Shown in pieces: positions 28,188 through 32,835 of a stretch of DNA of 32,835 bases; within the stretch, counting starts at the first letter, position 1, and each line of letters starts with the position of its first letter. The translations under genes and the position numbers were made by a program. The notes under the pieces are model-generated. The model had not been told where the DNA came from and did no database searches. It saw nothing but the letters and a program-made list of their open reading frames with translations. The DNA comes from Pyramidobacter sp. (GTDB lineage Bacteria > Synergistota > Synergistia > Synergistales > Dethiosulfovibrionaceae): assembly GCA_016286835.1 (NCBI GenBank), contig JAEEUD010000001.1, positions 1 to 32,835 of the forward strand, written 5' to 3'.

Positions 28188-28649
28188 AATGTATAATGCT
28201 ATTTTTACCTCTTAAAATTACAGATCAGTACTCCGAATACGAACTATATGAGTTAGCTTAATCAGAATAGATGACGGCCTTAATGGTATTCTTGTTGTTC
28301 GTATCCAAGTATATGACATATTGGATGTCCTGTGTTAGTTCTTGAACATAGTATTAAAAACAATAGATTCTATTTAACCTTTGTGGTAAAATATAAAATA
28401 ATACGATAGGGAGTAAGATAACAGGAGAATAATAGATAGTAGTGCCTGCTATGAGCTGATGATCTTACACCGCCCGCGCAAGAACTGTCCTTGCTAATAA
28501 ACATGTGCTTATCCATACGGATAGAGCTAACGTAATAGTCTTTACCAATTTGAACTGGCCTGCGTGCGAGACGACGAAACGGCACTCGCCATGGCGAAGC
28601 CTGCCTATCGGAGTTATCTTCAAAAATCAGCCGTGCTGGAGGTCAGACG

Positions 28650-28805
28650 ATGAACGTTCAGAGCTTGGCAAAGCGTTTGGTGTTTGCGGTAATCCTGATG
28701 GCCGTGACTGCTGTGATCATCTATTACGGAGCCGTCTGGCTGTTGATCCGGCGGGTGGCTGCGATGCCCGACAGTCCGCCTCCGGCGGTAAGACCTATCA
28801 GGTAA
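28650..28805 (+). CDS. Small single-pass membrane protein (51 aa), hypothetical
   Basis: GGAGGT RBS at 28638-28643; MNVQSLAKRLVFAVILMAVTAVIIYYGAVWLLIRRVAAMPDSPPPAVRPIR*. Too short for the ORF track. Confidence 0.65.
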   Translation: MNVQSLAKRLVFAVILMAVTAVIIYYGAVWLLIRRVAAMPDSPPPAVRPIR

Positions 28806-28850
28806 ACACGGCGAAAAGAGTTTCGCCGGACAAAAAAGGGAGTGAACACT

Positions 28851-29588
28851 ATGAAAAAGTTGGCATGTCTGTGTGCGCTGATGATGCTGTTCGGCGCATC
28901 GGTGGTCTGGGCCGCCGAAGGGGAGTATATCGTTAGGGGTGATAAGGTCTATCGTGTGCAGGACGGCAAAGAACGGCTACTTGAAGACGAAGTTGTCTTT
29001 CGGGCCGAGACCGACGCGGGGAAGTGGGCGTGGGTCCTTGTAGATCCCGAGCTGTCCGAGGGTGTGAAGGGCAGCGAAAGCGGCGTCTATTTCTTCCGTG
29101 GCGAGGAGGACGCGCCGGCAAGCTTTTTACCCATGAAAAACGCCGGTGAATGTATGATGGAATTCTCTCCCTCGGGCGAGAAGCTGTTGATCTGCTGCGG
29201 CGATGAGGCCAGACAGGACCTTGGTTATTACGTCCTTGACGATGCTGGCAAAGGTTGGGTCAGAAAAGCCTCGTTCGTTTCAGCGGGACATGCCTTTTGG
29301 GTTGATCCGCACCGTTTTGTTTTTACGGCGATCGACACGGAAAAAGGTCCGCGCACCAAAGCCGGGGACGATTGGTGGTGTTCTCCGTCCCTCTACGATA
29401 CCCTGGAGAAAGAGTTGACCGTCATCATAAAAGCGACGTCGACGAAGAACTATTTCATCGGCGGCTGTGACGATGAGGGCGGCTCGCTCGACATTAATGA
29501 AAGTTCCGTGAAGAACCCCAAAGACTGGGGCAACGAAAACAAGATCAAATACAAGGAACTTACTGTCCCTATTCCGGCAGCGGGGTAG
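28851..29588 (+). CDS. Exported beta-rich hypothetical protein, paralog 1
   Basis: AAGGGAG RBS; signal peptide MKKLACLCALMMLFGASVVWA; colinear with 30414-31160. Confidence 0.85.
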   Translation: MKKLACLCALMMLFGASVVWAAEGEYIVRGDKVYRVQDGKERLLEDEVVFRAETDAGKWAWVLVDPELSEGVKGSESGVYFFRGEEDAPASFLPMKNAGECMMEFSPSGEKLLICCGDEARQDLGYYVLDDAGKGWVRKASFVSAGHAFWVDPHRFVFTAIDTEKGPRTKAGDDWWCSPSLYDTLEKELTVIIKATSTKNYFIGGCDDEGGSLDINESSVKNPKDWGNENKIKYKELTVPIPAAG

Positions 29589-29666
29589 AGCTATGCCTAC
29601 GGGCTGTATGACAGACGGCAACAAGTGTTTATAGTAGTATTAAAATAACGAAAGAAGGCGATCTCG

Positions 29667-30401
29667 ATGTTATTGAAGAGGATGTTGGGGACTTGTGCAG
29701 CGCTCATCCTATGCGCTGCCGGGAACGCGTTCGCATTTACAGAGGCGGAAAAAAATGAGCTGCTGCAAAACGCGGACTATCGCGAGAACTGTGAGCGGTA
29801 TCAGGAATTCATTGAACGGGCTAAGACTGTGCTGACCCCGGAGGATCTTATCATTTTTGAGAAACGGGAGAACGAGTGGCTTTACGGCGGCGCCTACGAC
29901 GAGGCGGCGAAAGGGGCCTTAGCTGACGGGTACAGCAAACCCGTCGCCTACGCCTCGATGCTGGAGATGCATATGGACGAAGCGGGAATGATTTTCGACA
30001 ACGCGGACATCATTCGCCAGAGCGACGGGGTGTCCGGCCTGTACCTCTTGAAAAAAGGCACTCTCAGGGGTGAACTGCAGGTCAGTTCTGCAGAGGAAGG
30101 CGAGTATGCAGTGCGGCTGATGCTCTCTGTCGACGGTGAGCCGATGGGGTTCTTTGAAGGCTCGGGCAAGCCCGACGGGAAAACGTTAGAGGCGACGGGA
30201 GACCTGCTTGTTGAGGAATACGATTCTGAGAAGGACTCCGCAGCCGTGACGCTGAAGTTTGACGATGCGGGCGCCACCGCCGTCACCACAGAGAAGTTCA
30301 AGCGTGACAGCCTGGAGAAAAAGTGGATGGCCGAGGGGATCATCTTTGACGGGACCTACGTGCGGCAGAAGTCCGTCTTTATGGATGCCGCTTCCGATTA
30401 G
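29667..30401 (+). CDS. Exported protein with a degenerate LprI/DUF1311-like helical domain and a C-terminal beta domain
   Basis: Signal peptide ending AFA; N-domain aligns by eye with the LprI-like domain of the 31814 ORF (ENEWLYGGAYDEAAK vs QNAWLAHG-RDEVAK); beta domain ends GIIFDGTYVRQK. Confidence 0.7.
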   Translation: MLLKRMLGTCAALILCAAGNAFAFTEAEKNELLQNADYRENCERYQEFIERAKTVLTPEDLIIFEKRENEWLYGGAYDEAAKGALADGYSKPVAYASMLEMHMDEAGMIFDNADIIRQSDGVSGLYLLKKGTLRGELQVSSAEEGEYAVRLMLSVDGEPMGFFEGSGKPDGKTLEATGDLLVEEYDSEKDSAAVTLKFDDAGATAVTTEKFKRDSLEKKWMAEGIIFDGTYVRQKSVFMDAASD

Positions 30402-30413
30402 GAGGTACGGAGG

Positions 30414-31160
30414 ATGAAGTTCAAACGTACGTTTTTAGCGGCGTTGCTGGTCTTTGTGATTGGGGCAGGCGTAGCGCCGGCGGCCACGGGAGAGTACGTC
30501 CTCAAAGGCGATCAGGTCTACAGGACGGTCAAGGGCAAGATGAAGCTGCTGGAGGACGTCGGCATCGAGAGGGCGGATACGGATGCCGGCCCCTGGGCCT
30601 GGTTTTTGGCGGACCCTGAGGCGCCCGGGCTGAAGGGCACAAAACTCGGTCTCAGGTTCTTCCGCGGCAAGGAGGGGAAGCCGGCGGGGTTCCTGCCCAT
30701 GGAAGAGGGAGCAGCCTCCTTCTGCAGCCTGACGTTCTCCCCTTCGGGCGACAAGATGCTGGTGAGCTGGGGCGGGCTGCCTGTCAAACACCTGTCCCTA
30801 TACTTCATCGACAGGAATAAGGGATTTGTTGAAAAAGCCTCGTTTGAAACGGCAGAGCCGCCCTTCTGGATTGATCCTAATCGGTTCGCATTCAGTACCG
30901 TTGATTCTGACAAGGGCCCCCGCGTTGAGGGGATGTTCGACCTGTGGTGGTGCTCCATTCAGCTCTACGATTGCGAGACGGGTAAGACGACCCTCATCAG
31001 GGAAGCAACTGCGACCAAAAACTACGCTCTCAACGGCTACGACCGTGCGAAGTGCGCGCTGGACATCACCGAGAGCTTCGTGAAGAACGCGAAGGACTGG
31101 GAGGACGAGGACAAAATCGACGACAAGGAACTCTCGCTCCCTGTCCCTGCAGCACGTTAG
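30414..31160 (+). CDS. Exported beta-rich hypothetical protein, paralog 2
   Basis: GGAGG RBS; signal peptide ending APA; shares GEY..GD.VYR, TDAG.WAW, FFRG, FLPM, FSPSG, FW.DP.RF, WWCS, TKNY, KDW and P.PAA with 28851-29588. Confidence 0.85.
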   Translation: MKFKRTFLAALLVFVIGAGVAPAATGEYVLKGDQVYRTVKGKMKLLEDVGIERADTDAGPWAWFLADPEAPGLKGTKLGLRFFRGKEGKPAGFLPMEEGAASFCSLTFSPSGDKMLVSWGGLPVKHLSLYFIDRNKGFVEKASFETAEPPFWIDPNRFAFSTVDSDKGPRVEGMFDLWWCSIQLYDCETGKTTLIREATATKNYALNGYDRAKCALDITESFVKNAKDWEDEDKIDDKELSLPVPAAR

Positions 31161-31212
31161 TGAAGTTTAGGGATGACTCATCGTGGAACCAGTTCCAAGG
31201 TAAACTGTTTAT

Positions 31213-31292
31213 ATGAGGAGGTGCTTGTGGTGAAGCACTTGAATATAAAGTTTTTCGCGGTGCTGCTGGTCTGCCTGGCTCTCGGGCTGCCG
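31213..31292 (+). repeat. Imperfect 80-nt direct repeat, copy 1 (RBS plus signal-peptide coding region)
   Basis: Ungapped manual alignment with 31797-31876 gives 65/80 identical. Confidence 0.85.
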
Positions 31293-31733
31293 ATCTCGCC
31301 GAGCAGAGCCGGGGCTGCCGGAAAAAGAATGGTTGAGGTCACGATGGTGAACTCGCTGGACGAGAAGGTCCTTCTGGCGATGGGGAGGTGGCGCGATGGC
31401 AGCTCGTTCTCAAGGGGCTGGTGGAGCGTCGATCCCGGCGCGACGAGGACGATCCGGCCTTTTGAATACAATGATGGTGAAGAATACTATTTTTATGCCG
31501 TCACTGAGGGCGGCGAAAGAATTTGGCGCGGCAGCGACGATTACGACTCCAGAATATTCTGGCTCCACTCCACAAAGGCTTTTGATTGCCCTCCGGGCAA
31601 AAAAGTACGCGGCGGAAAAAAGGCCCGTTTCCACTTTTTCCCACAGATTTACTGGAAGAATAAGGAGAATAGTGAAGAGGGATTCATCCTCAAATTCCAA
31701 AAAGATACCTCGGAACTTGACGAGTCTGACTAG
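31230..31733 (+). CDS. Exported DUF1036-like protein
   Basis: GAGGAGG RBS before GTG 31227/31230; signal peptide; N...V.LA...SRGWW.V.PG....I...YYFYA.....W.G pattern typical of DUF1036. Confidence 0.75.
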   Translation: MKHLNIKFFAVLLVCLALGLPISPSRAGAAGKRMVEVTMVNSLDEKVLLAMGRWRDGSSFSRGWWSVDPGATRTIRPFEYNDGEEYYFYAVTEGGERIWRGSDDYDSRIFWLHSTKAFDCPPGKKVRGGKKARFHFFPQIYWKNKENSEEGFILKFQKDTSELDESD

Positions 31734-31796
31734 CGGTACCTATTTGCGGCGGGCCCCGAAGCTCGGCCATTGGTGACCTCGGGCAAACGATGATTG

Positions 31797-31876
31797 ATGA
31801 GGAGGATCTTGTGATGAAGCACATGAAGCGGATGTTTTTCGCGGCACTGCTGGGCTGCCTGGCGGTCGGACTGCCG
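31797..31876 (+). repeat. Imperfect 80-nt direct repeat, copy 2
   Basis: Matches 31213-31292 (atgaggagg..cttgtg.tgaagcac.tgaa....a.gtttttcgcgg..ctgctgg.ctgcctggc..tcgg.ctgccg). Confidence 0.85.
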
Positions 31877-32835
31877 GCCGTGCCTGCGCTGACTTTGAGT
31901 GACGCTGAGTACCGCCGGATGATGAAAGATCCCGAGGATGGGGGAGAACTCGTGGAGGCGGACAAGGATCTTAACCAGGCATGGGCCAAGGCGCAGAAGT
32001 CCTTGTCGGCGGTTCCCTTCGAGATCCTCAAGAAGGATCAGAACGCCTGGCTGGCACACGGCCGCGACGAGGTTGCAAAAAAATACATGGAAGATGTATC
32101 TGGCGTTGGTGTGGTTGTCCCCTACGCACACGCGGCGCGAAAACGTGCGCAACTGCTGGTAAAATTGGTACAGAAGTATGAAGAAAGCGAGACGACGGAA
32201 ATCAGGCTGGTGAACGAGACTGACGAGAAGATCCTCGTCGCTGTGGCGCGGGATTCTTTCGCTGATACCATGTATGGGGACGATACTGATCAATTCGACA
32301 GTGTCTACGGAAAAATTTTCGATATCTCAAAGGGATGGTGGAGCCTTGAGCCTGGCGAGACGAAAAGGATCTGCCCTTTCAAATGGCTTGAATATTGTTC
32401 TTACTATTTCTATGCCGTCTCAGAGAGTGGCGGACACATTTGGGGAGGTTCCGCAGATGAGGGCACCGGCTCCAAGCTCTTCTGGGTCAACCGAGCCGGG
32501 CAGTTTGAGTGCAATCCGGACCAGGAACTGCCTGAAGGAGAGCAGGTATGGTTCCAGAAGTTTACTGCGAAACACTGGAAGTACTGGACGGGGAAGAACG
32601 GCCTTGAGTCAAGAGAGCTCGCTGTCGAGTTCAGAAAAGATACAGACGTGTGGATCGTCGAGGAGAACGTTGAGGATAACTCCATATCCGGAAACGATGC
32701 CGACGTGAAAATCAACGAGGAAAACTTCCCCGACGAGAACTTACGCCAGTGGGTAAAGGAAAGCGTGGCGGGGGGTAAGGATGTCCTGACGAAAGCGCAA
32801 ATCGCCGCCGTGAAGGATATAGATGTCTTCGGCTT
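31814..32835 (+). CDS. Exported multidomain protein: signal peptide, LprI/DUF1311-like, DUF1036-like, start of an LRR region (runs off the right edge)
   Basis: Manual translation, 340 codons with no stop, GAGGAGG RBS. ADKDLNQAW..LKKDQNAWLAHGRD (LprI-like); SKGWWSLEPG..YYFYA..IWGG (DUF1036-like); INEENFPDENLRQWV..LTKAQIAAVKDIDV (LRR N-cap). Not in the ORF track. Confidence 0.85.
   Translation, partial: MKHMKRMFFAALLGCLAVGLPAVPALTLSDAEYRRMMKDPEDGGELVEADKDLNQAWAKAQKSLSAVPFEILKKDQNAWLAHGRDEVAKKYMEDVSGVGVVVPYAHAARKRAQLLVKLVQKYEESETTEIRLVNETDEKILVAVARDSFADTMYGDDTDQFDSVYGKIFDISKGWWSLEPGETKRICPFKWLEYCSYYFYAVSESGGHIWGGSADEGTGSKLFWVNRAGQFECNPDQELPEGEQVWFQKFTAKHWKYWTGKNGLESRELAVEFRKDTDVWIVEENVEDNSISGNDADVKINEENFPDENLRQWVKESVAGGKDVLTKAQIAAVKDIDVFG

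Noticed and set aside
28457-28579. CTGATGA ... GACGAAAC resembling a hammerhead ribozyme core
   Set aside because: The motifs are about 110 nt apart, the base after CTGATGA (T) cannot pair with the C before GAAA, and I could not build stems I and III.
28505-28936. 143-aa + strand ORF and the 71-aa - strand ORF at 28370-28585
   Set aside because: No RBS or protein-like composition; the 143-aa ORF overlaps better-supported ORFs at 28650 and 28851.
28806-31813. Integron cassette array as the explanation for the accessory genes
   Set aside because: Spacers share no attC-like RYYYAAC...GTTRRRY structure, one spacer is only 12 nt, and no integron integrase is visible.
31730-32715. Track ORFs 31730-32293 (-), 31938-32162, 32274-32708 and 32410-32715 (-)
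   Set aside because: They are alternative frames of the open-ended gene starting at 31814.
1-32835. CRISPR array, IS element, prophage, toxin-antitoxin or retron/DGR genes
   Set aside because: No regularly spaced repeats, transposase, integrase, phage or reverse transcriptase motifs were seen.
28041-32835. Functional link between tRNA-Gly(CCC) and GGG codons in the adjacent genes
   Set aside because: Not quantified; tRNAs act in trans, and adjacency is explained more simply by use as an integration site.

Overview
Bacterial chromosomal window; the gene order and protein style tentatively suggest Synergistota (inference only). Positions 1-28190 are core genome, almost all on the + strand: rsmA (partial, -), tRNA-Pro(GGG, -), ychF, a hypothetical gene, a CapD/PglF-like sugar dehydratase, a pilin-like gene, lepB-rbgA-rnhB-yraN-comM-dprA, tilS-hpt-ftsH, uvrB-uvrA-rlmB-proC, tRNA-Val(GAC), acpS-nnr-tsaE-tsaB, a four-subunit 2-oxoacid:ferredoxin oxidoreductase, rlmD and tRNA-Gly(CCC). 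Directly after tRNA-Gly the sequence turns AT-rich and enters an accessory tract (about 28190 to the window end). This tract holds a 51-aa membrane peptide and five signal-peptide proteins built from a few reused modules: two paralogs of an unknown beta-rich family, an LprI/DUF1311-like helical domain (twice), a DUF1036-like domain (twice) and the start of an LRR region. Two of these ORFs (28650-28805 and 31814 to >32835) are missing from the supplied ORF track. This modular exported-protein array is the best candidate for an undescribed system; its function (envelope defence or immunity) is a hypothesis. No integrase, IS or CRISPR array was seen.
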